DNA of 64,000 nucleotides from Botryllus schlosseri (Eukaryota), in NCBI GenBank assembly GCA_051294905.1, contig CM119371.1, positions 33,048,001 through 33,112,000 on the forward strand, given 5' to 3'. The notes under the pieces were generated by a model, which saw only the letters and a list, made by a program, of their open reading frames with translations, ran no database searches and was not told the origin of the DNA. A program made the translations under genes and the position numbers. Positions 26,550-38,800 of the stretch are shown here, piece after piece (position 1 is the stretch's first letter; each line of letters opens with the position of its first letter).

Positions 26550-26822
26550 CCTTATATAGTGGGGTTTTGTAGCACTCCAAACCGCAACAGCTGCATAAAT
26601 CCATGTTATATGTCACTTTAACTAGGCTAGGTAAAATCGTGACACTAAGATTTTAGGGGAATCCCCTATTTTCAGCTGCTATTCTTCCAGCTCAATGTGC
26701 ACACGGATGCAGGGGACAAGTTACAAAAAAAAGTAGCCAGAATATGTTTTTAAGGTATAAGGCATGGGGATCGGACTGAAAACCTGGACTTTTTGAAAGT
26801 CGGTCAATTCTGAACAACCCTA

Positions 26823-27563
26823 ATGGTCATGTTCATTGAACAAAGGTAAAAGTATTCGGTGCACATCCATCTCAAATTGAAGAAGAACAGGTTGCGGCAA
26901 ATTGATAGCTCTTTTCATTAGGCCCCAAAGAACTGGTGCTTTTTCAGCAACCATATTTTGAGGGGCAGCTGGAGGACGAGGTGCAGACGTAGCTGACGCG
27001 ATAGTATTCATTGCTTTCTGGAGTTCACTGATGTTATTGTTCAACACAGTAGATGACCTTTTTCGATTTCTGGGAGTTTCCAGGTTGCCGATAGTTTCCA
27101 ACTCTCTTGGAGTTCGTAAATCATGTGGAGTCGTCTCCGAATCTCCTTCTGCTATCAAATTTAAAATGTGGAAATCTTCGTTAGAACTCGGACTCGGATC
27201 CAAACTTTCAATATCAGAGGTATCTAAATTGTTCGTATCATCGGTGTTAGTGATCGTTTTTTTGCTATCCAGGAATGGGTCCAGAAATTTCATGGTTTCA
27301 TAGTATTCCCATATCGGAGAGGTACTCGCTCCTGCTCCAGATTTGTAGTTGTCATTTATTTTCTTCCTCATTTTTCGGTACTTGTCCCTCAAGTGTTTTC
27401 ATTGACTTTTCACATCCAGAATTTGCATTGGAATTGGAAGTGAATTGGCAACTGCGCTCCATGCGTTGGCCTTTACATTCTTGCTATGGTAGTTACCGTC
27501 GCCAGGGTCGTAAAGGCAAGGATATTGCATAACACCATTGATTATTTCTTCGAAGCAGTTCAT
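26823..27563 (-). pseudogene. Harbinger MADF/Myb-like DNA-binding protein; in-frame TGA at 27399-27401; last codons displaced to 19283-19297 by an insertion
   Basis: YPCLYDP...NAWSAVA...VKSQ*KHLRDKYRK...KSGAG...WEYYETMKFL is a MADF-type pattern; the two track ORFs are in frame. Confidence 0.88.
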
Positions 27564-29738
27564 TTTCGTCAGTACGTGAGTGCAATCGGAGAAAAATACC
27601 CGCCGAAAGAGATCGAGAACCTCTTGCCATACTAGTAGTCGCCAATTTAACATAGACTGAATACAATGTGACTGTACGTATGGTTTTATTGCAGGATAAA
27701 TACCCAGAATGTCTTAACTTTACAAACAGAGCATGTTATGCACTTGTCTTATGTCTGGTGATCTCCATAACCGTGTACTAACATATTGAGTTGAGTCTAA
27801 TTAGCTGTTATCTGGCAAGACTGTATACGAGCATAGCGGAGTATTCAGGTCATAGGTCATCAAAGATCTCTTGCCATACTAATCGGTACAACATATTGTA
27901 GGCTCAAAATTGCGAAGGTACATATGGGTACAGGAATCGGAGAAGCCCTTTGGTGAACATATTGAACATTTTAAAGCACTTTTTCCATAACTCAGCTTCT
28001 CCATAACCCTGCGCTCACAAATAAACACCCGAGTACAAAAGGCTCCGATCTGATTGGCCTATTACCAGCTATGCATCACTGATTAGTCTCATACTAGCTC
28101 GTTGCGCATCGCCTCGACTCGTCTCGACCCCACATGTAACCGAACCTTTACTGTCTATGGTAGCGAACACAGTGGACTTGGAAACGACTTAAACAACCAC
28201 AGAAGATCGGTCATAACGGAACTAAAATAAAACAATGTAAATACTAAGTACATTATGCGACACGTCTATAGTGCGGTAGCGACCAAGATTTATGCCCTTC
28301 GCGATCAATACCGTACGAATCACTGGTGTAACCGACGTCGTTGCCCGCTGCAGAAAGCCGAAAGTTGAAATTCAAAGGTGGTTAATAACTGCAACCTTCG
28401 CTAATCAACAAGGCAATTTCGGCAAGCTGCACACTTCTCAGCAACCAGCTACCAAGACAATAAGCTATATATTATCCTTAAAACCGTAACTACCGCACCT
28501 CAAACCCCCCAATTAGGTGGCGAGCTCGACGGGCGCTCAAAATTATTTCATGAGTGAACATAAATTATAGGATATTTTTTGAAAATTTATGCAACTTCAT
28601 TCAATGGTTTTTATTTGGGCGTTAACCATTACCGCGCCACGACGCACCAAGATAAATGAACTCTAGGTCAACACCGGATTCCGAGAAGGCACTGCAATTG
28701 CAGCTGCTGATCAAATCAACTAAGTAAAGAGAATAAACCTCGACAGCGAGAAAACCTTGGCCGAAAAGGACTGCCCTTATGTTGACCGACAACCACAAAG
28801 TCCAATCGTCCATAGGCAATATTTGCCAGTGAAGAAACACCAATAGTGGAATCGGGGTCGTCTTTTTAGTTTGGTACGCTTCGGTGATTTCAATATCTTT
28901 TCACATAGCAGACGGGGGTCACGAAATAGCAAGATGTAACGAAGTAATTATACCAACGGGTCCTCTCGAATATTTCCAAGACAGTATCTCACTCAGCTTT
29001 AGCGGTAAAACTTAGTAGGCCACTACGTGGGATGAGAGAGGTTAAAAAATACAGCAATATATTTGCAATTACCAATATTATGGACCGATTGAATCATGAA
29101 TAATGAAAAATTTCAGCGCTTTGCGCGAACATAGGGCATGCAAGCCATCTGGTGCATCTTGATGGGGGCTTGTATTGATAAAAAACGAGGATAGTGGTTT
29201 AAAGAGAGTTCAAAATGTATCATGTTTAACATTGTTTCAAGATATGACGGAAAATATATATTTTTTGGGGTAATTAACCGTCACTGTGTCATTCCTTAAT
29301 ACCAACACACCCACTGAGCACCAATTCGTGTAATATCCTGCTTCCAATTTAGAAATATAATCAATACGCTGGATATTCTAAAATTTCTGACTCGGCCCGC
29401 CAACATATTTTTGCTCCTCATTTGGCCCGCGGAGAAAAATAATTGCCCACCCCTGACCTACCGTAATGAATTATTTTTGCATGATTTTCGGAACAATGGT
29501 TTTCACATTCAAATTCATCTTTAATTCAGATGATGAAGGGTCGATGGATGCTTGGAAAATGGTGGACAGAACATTTCATGAAGTGAGGAAGTACGAATCA
29601 ATAAACTGGGGAGGATCCCCGTATGAAAGACAACGCCTTCCATCACCCCAGAAGGAGCAGACAGATTTTTACGAAGGACTAGCGCTACTCCTACGCCCTC
29701 CACAAATCCTTATGTGTCCAAGATCGATTACCATTCAT

Positions 29739-30585
29739 CAGGGTTGGGATGTCAAGTCATGACTCGAGTCCCTTAACAAAAATGACTTGACTTGGCTCGG
29801 CGCTTCAGAAATGTGGTTTGACTCGTGACTCGGAGCAAAATTCACGAGTCAATTTCAAGTCATTAAGTGAAGGGTGTCGATTAAATCACCATATCTTATG
29901 TATGTTCGGGTTGTTCTCGATACGTCGGTGTCACTTGTGAGAACAATCGTTCATTCACTGATTGTACGTTTCACTGATCCTCCATTGTTTCATCAGAAAT
30001 ATATTGACCGCTAACGAAACGATCACAGCTCACGTTGTAGTAGTACTAAATTAATCAATTGGGAAACGTATCTTTGTTTCTTAGGCGGTGCAGTGCTTAG
30101 ATTGCGCAGTGTAGACCTTTACCAACACTCTTGTATGATTTAAATCGAAAGAATATAGTTTATGCCTTTATATTCACACGGATGTCTAGATGGGTAGTGC
30201 CTATTGCACCACATCAATTTGTTCAACTTCTTGAGGCTTCGTATTCGATCCTCTCTATTGGCTAATAAAATCAGACTGTGGCATGTAGCTATACAGTTAC
30301 TTACATATTTTATTAGCAGTTCTACATGCCTGTCTTAGGGATGCATCACCTTTTTGCATGTATATTTAACGTTATATTCGTTATTTGATTCAAGATAACT
30401 GGCCAATTAATCTGTCATTCGCCCAGTCAACCAAATGTAATGACTTTGAATCATCACTCATAACTTCAAAAATTCAATTTGACTTGAATCTTGACTTGAC
30501 TCGTGACTTGACTTGGTTCGAGTCAAGTTGTACAATGACTCGAGACGACTCGTGACTCGAAGGTAGTGACTTGACGCCAACACTG
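29739..30585. mobile_element. hAT-type MITE with GACTT/GACTC repeats
   Basis: CAGGGTTGGGA...GCCAACACTG; imperfect TSD CCATTCAT/CCATTTAC; related to 47477-48064. Confidence 0.75.
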
Positions 30586-30687
30586 CCATTTACATCGGAA
30601 AATATCGAAGGAGAACATACAACTGAATTCCATTCTGAATTGCTAATGAGTAAGGAAATGTTGGAGATGGAATGCATGCAGTGGATA

Positions 30688-31073
30688 TAGGGTTACCATA
30701 CATCCTCTTTTGCTATAAATTGAATTTGTCCTCGGAGAACGCCTGAATGTCCTGTTGTGAGAATTTGTACTCTTTTTCACTGAAAAAGATTACAATACCG
30801 TGTGAAATGCGACTCAGCAAATGTCAGTTTCGCAATAAATCGGGCAAAACGGTAGACGAGTCGAATTGATGACCTTTTTCTAGTCAACACCACACACACT
30901 GCCGTGAAAATGCGGGTAATTCGGTAGTCGAACCATAATGAAGACCTTTTTTAGTCAAAACAGTATTATCGGTCGAAGACCTTTCAAAATTCCCACTTTT
31001 CTTGTCCGCTGCTGGAGCTTTCAGCATTTTTGAAAGTATCATTATTTTAGGATCTCAAAACATGATAACCCTA
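30688..31073. mobile_element. TAGGGTTACCAT-ended MITE
   Basis: TIR TAGGGTTACCAT / ATGATAACCCTA; no clear TSD. Confidence 0.55.
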
Positions 31074-33418
31074 CTGGGGAGGAGCCCCGAAATAAAGGGT
31101 CAATTGCAAATTGCGTACATTTAGAACGCGATTGAGATATACACTCCGCGTTGGATCAGTTCTCGATATGAAGTGGCCCGTTACTGGTTTCGGTGCGCGT
31201 AACTTGAGAGTCTATAGATGTATTACAGCCGATAAATAATCATTCCTGGTAGAACGTAAATACGACTTTATGATTGTGAGCTAAAATGAGGGATTACTCT
31301 CACACACAGCTCGCAATTGAAACACCAATGGTAGGATAATGTTTCAGACTCAAGCATAAATATGATGTCGAATCAAGTAGGTGTAATTTGGTCCGATTCC
31401 AGTGTGATCGGAACAAATTAGCTCGAGATTATAGCCATCTCTCCACGACTTGTGCACTGTGCAGCCTTATTTTGCCACCCCTTGCAGCCTGCCACCCTGG
31501 CGCAGAGCCAGAATGGCCGAGTGGTTGCTACGCAACTGCGTCGATATACTATGACATATAAAATCGCAATATAATTACGATAATTTTTGGCAAGCCCCAG
31601 AAAAATCTGCGGTCAGTGAGTGGCCACGTGAAAGCTTTGAGACCCCGAATGCGAATTCAGTCGACCAATTACACCAGGAGTTCTGACGTCCCTTGTATAA
31701 CAGACCGCATTTTAACAGTAAAAGACTCTGCGGGCCTCAAAATATGGATTGCAATGCCTCGAAATATGGATTGCTGCGCTTGACACCTAGCTAGAAACGT
31801 CTTTCCAGATCAAGCGATATGTGTGACTCCAGAAGAAAGTGTCGTGGTATCATTTAATATTCTACGCTTGGTTACGACAACTGTTCTTCGACAAATATGA
31901 CACATCGGATTTCCTTTTATATCTGTAATGAGAAAGCAAATGCATTGTTCCACGCACAGTTACAAAACAAGTTTTCACCGTTTAATTTCCCGTTACTCTT
32001 TCTTGTTTCGGTTCAAACCATTCGCGCTAAGTGAAAAACGCTTTAAAAGTGTAATTCGCAGAGAGATTTTCTTAACCCTTTCTAATCGGTAGGCCTATTG
32101 ATCAAAATTTTACTGCATCCACAACAAAAACGATAAAATTTCATTCATATGGTTTAAATCGACGCCCAATATATTGCCGTAAACCTGAAGTAGCCGCCTA
32201 GCGATCTGAGATACTCTCACGGCTCAAACGCCAAAGGGAATAGCGTTATGCGATAAAATGTTCGCGATTTCCTGAAAATAAAATACAATTTTGTTCTTCT
32301 ATATCTCCTGACGTCATACCTAGGCCCTCTCTTGGTATATGACCAGTGACCACCTGATTGCCTTCTGCGTTCCAACGAGACATTACACGCCACTATAGCG
32401 CTTCATAGCCCAGCGCTACGACTTGGAAAGGGAGAGATGATAAAAGCACGCATCACGCGGCCGGCCGGCCGCCGCCGATGAGTAATCGATTACGTAAGCT
32501 CGCATTCTCGCTGTGGGCAACGCGCGTCCAGTTCTACAAACATAGTAACTGCCTTGGCAATTTTGTGTATAGTATATATCTCCATGCTATTGAAGTGTTA
32601 TCAACACCAGTTGTTTTTGATATGTAACTTGCAACCGCATAAGGCAGTGGTAGGAAACCTTTTTTGCCCGACGAGCCATATTGGCCCTACTTTTTCCATC
32701 TCAACTCCCAAAGAGCCATACATGTCAACCAACTGTTACGTCACAATTAGAAATTCGTGACGTCATGGTAGCACTAATTCTAACTAACTACATGGGATCC
32801 TCGTGTGCGCCACCTTTTCTCAGTAAAAGCTGGTATTTATTGTTCGAATATAAAGCTCGAAACGAGGGGTAAGACGCAGACGGGCCAAGCCTCCGCAAAG
32901 GATAAGGCAATTCCTTGTATAAGTAGCTTAGAATTTATTATAACTGATATTAAGCGAATGTGACTGTCACACTGATTCTAAAAATCTGGGGCGGAGATAA
33001 TAAAGTCAGCTGATCTGGGAGAATGCTAATCATGTGATTAAAAATTGCTAATTGGGACGCATCTCAGGCGGAGATAATAAAGTTAGCTGATCCGGAATAT
33101 TGCTAATCGTGTGATTAAATACTGTACTGCTAATCGCGACTCATCAAGTTGGAAAGGTTACGCCCGATGGTTAGTCGAGGTGTCCCGAGTTTTCAATCAA
33201 GTGGCGTTATCTATTGCATCATAATGCGAAAACGCGTTAAAGGCGACCATTTGTCAATTTGTTGAATGAAACAGCAGCCTGATGATAGCGAAACTGCCAC
33301 TGTAATATGTCGAATTATCATCATCGCGAAATGAAGGTCGTGTCCAATTCGTTCCTTAACGCTAAGAAATGGATTATAGAATATTGGTATCGCTCTGCAA
33401 TGGCGGGTACATAATTAC

Positions 33419-34409
33419 TAGGGATGGTGTGAACGTGAGGTTCACGTTCGCGTTCTGTGTGTGAACCTCGAAAATTTAGAGGTTCGCGTTCACAACAGAA
33501 CCTTGGTAGGTTCTGCACTGTGAACCTTTTTCATATATTACAATTTTCACGTCATTATGAAATCCTTGCTTCGAATTTATTGCAGCACAACTGCAGGCCA
33601 TTCTATGCACGGCGCTGACAGCATGAAAAATCAACACAAAACGAGCATGCACCTTGATAATCTCAAAATTTTTTCTTGTTTTGTTACAAAAGTTTGCTCA
33701 AAATATCCAGCTTTCCGTTTGTGAATATTTACTGACTCGCTGCTGTGAGCTTGACCCGCAGTCACACAACATCACGAGCGAAAGACACTACATGTAGTCA
33801 GCGAATGATGCTTATTCAACCAATCAATGAGATTGATATCGTTTTTTGATGTATCAAATGTAGCAGGCGTAAGGGGTCAATCTTAATTTCATATGTTTAC
33901 TGTATCTTCAAAACCAAATCCGTGCGATTGAGGTGTTGGCTACAGCTGTATAACTTGTGGGGTAGCCTAATATCGATAGCAAGTATAGAAACCTGTTTTC
34001 CGCTCTGCTCAATATCAATGTAGCAATACTCAGACGCCGAATACATGGTCTGGCCAAGACCGTTAAGGCGTAAGCTTAAATTCCCTGGTAAGTCATCGTG
34101 GAATTTGTGGCAAAGCGATGGATGATTTTGATTTTATGGGAGTATTATATCATTTGATTGCCTCAGTTGATACATTTAGCGACGTTTAAAACGCCAATAT
34201 GTACTTCAGCATTGTGACATTATGTGACACGAGTCGTCGCTAGGTATCGCACATTAATATAGGCTATCACTTCATTGAAAGATAGGTTCGGAATTAGCAA
34301 TATGACGTCACGTGACGTCATGAGGTTCACGTTCGCGTTCACACAGAACCTTTCAGAAAGGTTCGCGTTCACACGAACCAGAACCTTTCAGAGGTTCACA
34401 CCATCCCTA
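33419..34409. mobile_element. TIR element with GGTTCA/TGAAC subterminal repeats
   Basis: TIR TAGGGATGGTGTGAAC; flanked by a 6-bp direct repeat AATTAC. Confidence 0.8.
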
Positions 34410-34973
34410 AATTACTTATAATTAGTGAAGCTATTACCTAGGAGACTATCGGCACGGTCATTATCAGAAATATTTGTGCGTAGGAATGGTACGCAGCGTT
34501 TATCGATAACAAGTTATCTATAGTTTGTTCTGGTTTGATAAATCAAGAGATTAACACTAACTTTATGCGCTGCGATCAACCGGTTTCCTTAATCATGGTT
34601 GATAGATTCTGACGAACGCGATAATCGATTTTTATGTCTAATCCAACTTTATTATCTCCGCCCTAAATACTTCACCATTCTCAAAGTATTCGACGGTAAC
34701 ATAACGTTGCGCTACACGCATATATTTTATACTACACAGAACGTGGAGAAAACGGAACGTGGATAGCTATGGCGTTGTTTGTAATTCGAGTTTGTAATTG
34801 TGAGTGTCACATCCACAACAGTTCTTTCGCGCCGTAGATCAGGTAGACAATTCGTATTTGAAACCTGGGTTTTGAAATGGGCGGCGCCATATCTGCTGTG
34901 CTCTTCGAGTCAACGTATCGCACAATTCATGACTTCGACTCTGTTACATCGCCAGGAGGTTCGAGTCAGTAGG

Positions 34974-35013
34974 CATTTCGATGGCGTGGGTTCGAATCCC
35001 ATCGCTGCCACCA
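34974..35013 (+). pseudogene. 3' fragment of tRNA-Leu with encoded CCA
   Basis: Variable-arm hairpin CATTTCGATG, T arm GTGGGTTCGAATCCCAT, acceptor strand CGCTGCC-A-CCA; no 5' half upstream. Confidence 0.7.
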
Positions 35014-36394
35014 CGCCAGTATACAGAGCCTGTACTACCTGTTGCACCACGAAACGATGTAGCCACACGATAAACGTTTATTCCAGAAGAGATCTCTTAA
35101 CAGCACACGTAGTCGTTATGCCAAGCAACTAAATAAACGGCACAATCAGAGATCTAATCATTAGCGTGCCAGTTAACAGGTGCCGAGATTCGGCTCCAGT
35201 ATATTACAAACAATACTAGCGCATGGAATTTGCGAGTGATATTGGCGGCTGGCGTGACAGTAACTTAAATTTGATGATTTTGAAGAGAGGGGGTCCGAGC
35301 CCCTAAACCGGAAGACGGCATTGTCTTTACCTCTCAAAGACATGTTTATACTGCCACGAGAATAGTTATTTTGGCCGTGATGAAAGTTTACTAACAAGTC
35401 GCTGCGATTTTGATCAATTCAGTACAAAAATAAATATTTGGCAAAGAGCCATATCTTATACCCAAAAGAGCCATATATGGCTCGCGAGCCATAGGTTCCC
35501 GACCACTGGCATAAGGGATCCGTAAGTATACACATATTGCCTTATTCGACACTGCCCAAGTGCCCAGTGCCCATATACGCTCGAGAATTCATTTCACGTG
35601 ATACATTATTGAGTTATTTCACATCAATTTGAACTGTATTCTACACGGCTAATGTTGCCTGTATGATCAACAGTATTCATAGAAGCCAACAGTAACTTCG
35701 TGTGCCATCTAAAACAGATATATAATAACTGCTTCTATATGATGTTGTTATTACAGACTCGGGTACCAAAATAGCCTAACTCCCACGCTTATTTGTGAAG
35801 TCTGAAGTGTTAGGGCTGGTGTCGGCTTTCCTATACAAAACTAAGCTCCATGGTAGGGATATTGATGAATATGCCAGGATAATGGCTAACCATATATACA
35901 ATTTGCAATTGTCTGAAGCAATTGTACATCTGTTTGAAACCGCAACGAGTCAGGTGTTCTTACGCAGCCATGATTTTCACGTAATAAGGTATTGCTTTCA
36001 TTCACGTCAATTTTAAACATCTTCTAACGTGCTAATCTTCGATATAAGGACTTTCATAAAATAGTATGACCAACAGCAAATCATGGAAGATAACTGTGAT
36101 TGGTTATATGACGTCTAGAACGGAAGATACAATGGTTTATATTTCAGGCGTTCATTCACGCGAACATCATTACAAATTCTATTTAGCGGGAAACGTTTTT
36201 GAGTGTTCAATCTGCATTTCAAGCAGGATATACACTGATATAATATGTTGTAGGTGGTCTGAAGTACGCGTATTCATAAGAGCTATCCATATAAAACGAT
36301 TGTTACAGTGTAAAACTAATACAGGTCTAGCTATCTTAGAATAAATAACGATTCCTCTGTGTAAACAGTCGTCACGGTCCAGTATACTGGACAG

Positions 36395-37061
36395 TTGGGC
36401 TCTTCAAAAATGACTTTTTTTTCTCAAATCGTACTGGCTACTTGATAAAATTGTTAGGTTACCAAATTTAAGCCTACACAAAAAATTTGGTTCAATTCCA
36501 GCCAGTACCCGCTTTGCTACCGGAGAAGAAAGTTTCTATTTATTACATAAAATTAAATAATAAAAAATATGAAGATTTTCTGTTCACCCCATGAAAGTGT
36601 TAGGCTGTCTAGAGAAACGATGCTCACCAAATTTGATTCAATTCCAACCAGTGGAAGCGGAGTTATTGCCGTCGAAAAATTTGGATTTGAATAAAATAGT
36701 ATTTACGGTGACCGATTCTTTGTTTATTTATTAGAGTTGTGCTCACCGTAAATGCTATTTTATTCAAATCCAAATTTTTCGACGGCAATAACTCCGCTTC
36801 CACTGGTTGGAATTGAACCAAATTTGGTGAGCATCGTTTCTATAGACAGCCTAACACTTTCGTGGGGTGAACAGAAAATTTTCAAATTTTTTATTATTTA
36901 ATTTTATATAATAAATAGAAACTTTCTTTTCCTGTAGCAAAGCGGTTACTGGCTGGAATTGAACCAAATTTTGTGTGTAGGCTTAAATTAGGTAACCTAA
37001 TAATATTTTTATCAAGTAGCCAGTACGATTTGACAAAAATAGTCATTTTTGAAGAGCCCTA
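36395..37061. mobile_element. Palindromic MITE (~315-bp arms, ~33-bp loop)
   Basis: T(T/A)GGGCTCTTCAAAAATGAC...GTCATTTTTGAAGAGCCCTA; self-complementary about ~36727; no clean TSD. Confidence 0.85.
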
Positions 37062-37459
37062 CAGCCGGTCGCAGAGGGACCTGAGTCAAGCCAAATACCG
37101 ATTCAAAGCAATACCGATCTAACCCGATCATGTATCAAGAAACCAGGACACATCAAAAAATTAGTCATCATACCAAACAGGGATAAGAGAGCTAAGTACC
37201 TAAATTAATATGTAACAATACTGTGCCAGTAGTAATTGCGTTCATAATGAAAGATGTCGCGGGTTGAGGACCCGGGTGTAGTAATAGTTCATATAGTATA
37301 CTATGGGGTAGGCTACGTCATAATGGTACAAGTGATGTGGGAAGCGTGCCGCTGATGGAATCTTGCGTATGTACTTAACTGACAGTGGTGGACGCCGACC
37401 ATGCGTCTAGTCCTTGATCTGACAGCTCAACGATGCATGCGATGATAGTTTCCCCAGAT

Positions 37460-37590
37460 CAATGTTCCCTCTAAGCTATGCGTGTGCGCGCGGGGGCACA
37501 GGAAAAACACCATCACACACTGTTGTCCAGGGGACCGTGCAGTAAGTTGATGTCTTTGCGCAAACTCCTGAAAAATTATAGGGAACATTG
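37460..37590. mobile_element. Short CAATGTTCCC-ended MITE
   Basis: TIR CAATGTTCCCT; TSD CCCCAGAT/TCCCAGAT. Confidence 0.75.
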
Positions 37591-38800
37591 TCCCAGATAC
37601 ATGTATTTCAGGGGTTCTCAACCCGCGGCCCGCAAACGTTTATTTTGCGGCCCGCGACATCTTTCATAATGAACGAAATTTCTACTGGCACGGTATTGTT
37701 ACATATTACTTTAGCTACTTTGCTCTGTTATCCCCCCGTCTCTGCATCGTTTGATTACTCATTTTTTGATGTGTTCTGGTTTCTTCATATCGGCCCTGTG
37801 GATATAAAGCTGTATCAGCTGTCTCAGCTTCATCACTGGTGTATCAGCTGTATCAGCTGCATCACCGCTGTATCAGCTGTATCACTCAGGTATCAGCTGG
37901 AATAAGTTGCCACTGCTCAACAGCGGTTGCCTTTGATGGGATGAAAAGAACGTCGTAACCCAACCGCAGTGAGATCTGCTTGTGGATAGAATGGTTGGTG
38001 GCGGGTTATGGTTAAGGCTGGGGTAAGGGTTTCCCAAAATTAGGGTTGCAAGTTGTAAAGTTGGGGTGAGGGACATGATACTCTCAACCCTGATATCTGT
38101 GACCTACCTAATCTTAGGATACCTCCCGCTAATACTAGGGTTACGGGATGTACTCGCTACGGAGGATTTGTCCTCCTTTATGAGATTTTGTCCCATTTTT
38201 TGAGACTTTCGGTTAAATATAGGGCAAAATTTGACTGGGATAGAGCAAATCAGCACTGAGGTAACGCTCCAGCGGCTATTTCGGGAGCTGAGCCGGAAAG
38301 TTGACCTTTTATTTTTTTAGCCAATCGACCACTAAGTGGGAAAAATCTACCATTTTGTCGATATTTCTCTCAGGTATTCTAAGTTTAAAAATATTGAAAA
38401 AGTATCCTACCTTATACTCCGAACCCAACCCTAATATCCCCCACCCTATTATCCTCCAACCCTTATCTTGGGATACCCTTACCCCAACATTTACCTTAAC
38501 GCACCTCCAACCCTAATATATCCCACCTGCAACACTAACATCACCCTCCCCAACCCTAATAGCCCTATTCAGGAACCCTTATATCCCTTTCTTCAACCCG
38601 AATATCCCCCCACCGTAATCTTGGGATATCCTTACCAGGGCTTTGGAGCAGCCGTAAATTTAAAGCGCTCCAGCTCCGGCTCCGGAGCTCTCTTCTATCA
38701 TACATTAGCTCCGGCTCCAGCTCCGGAGCCGCATTATTACCACTGCTCCGGCTCCAGCTCCGGCTCCGGCTCTGAAATTATCGAATGGGCCTATCTATAT

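Larger units (their letters stand above)
19306..26822 (-). mobile_element. hATm-like foldback element with ~655-bp inverted arms, inserted in the MADF gene
   Basis: TAGGGTTGTTCAGAA...TTCTGAACAACCCTA; 8-bp TSD ATGGTCAT at 19298-19305 and 26823-26830. Confidence 0.88.
16762..28147 (+). mobile_element. Full-length PIF/Harbinger transposon with nested insertions
   Basis: TIRs AGGTTCGGTTAGACG / CATGTAACCGAACCT; TTA TSD at 16759-16761 and 28148-28150; contains a DDE transposase and a MADF gene. Confidence 0.9.
32645..35508. mobile_element. hAT-type non-autonomous element with nested content
   Basis: CAGTGGTAGGAAACC...GGTTCCCGACCACTG; TSD GCATAAGG. Confidence 0.85.

Noticed and set aside
38420..38640. 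Telomeric repeats or a proline-rich gene (ORF 38468-38905)
   Set aside because: AACCCTAA motifs are scattered rather than tandem; the ORF runs across two MITE junctions and low-complexity repeats
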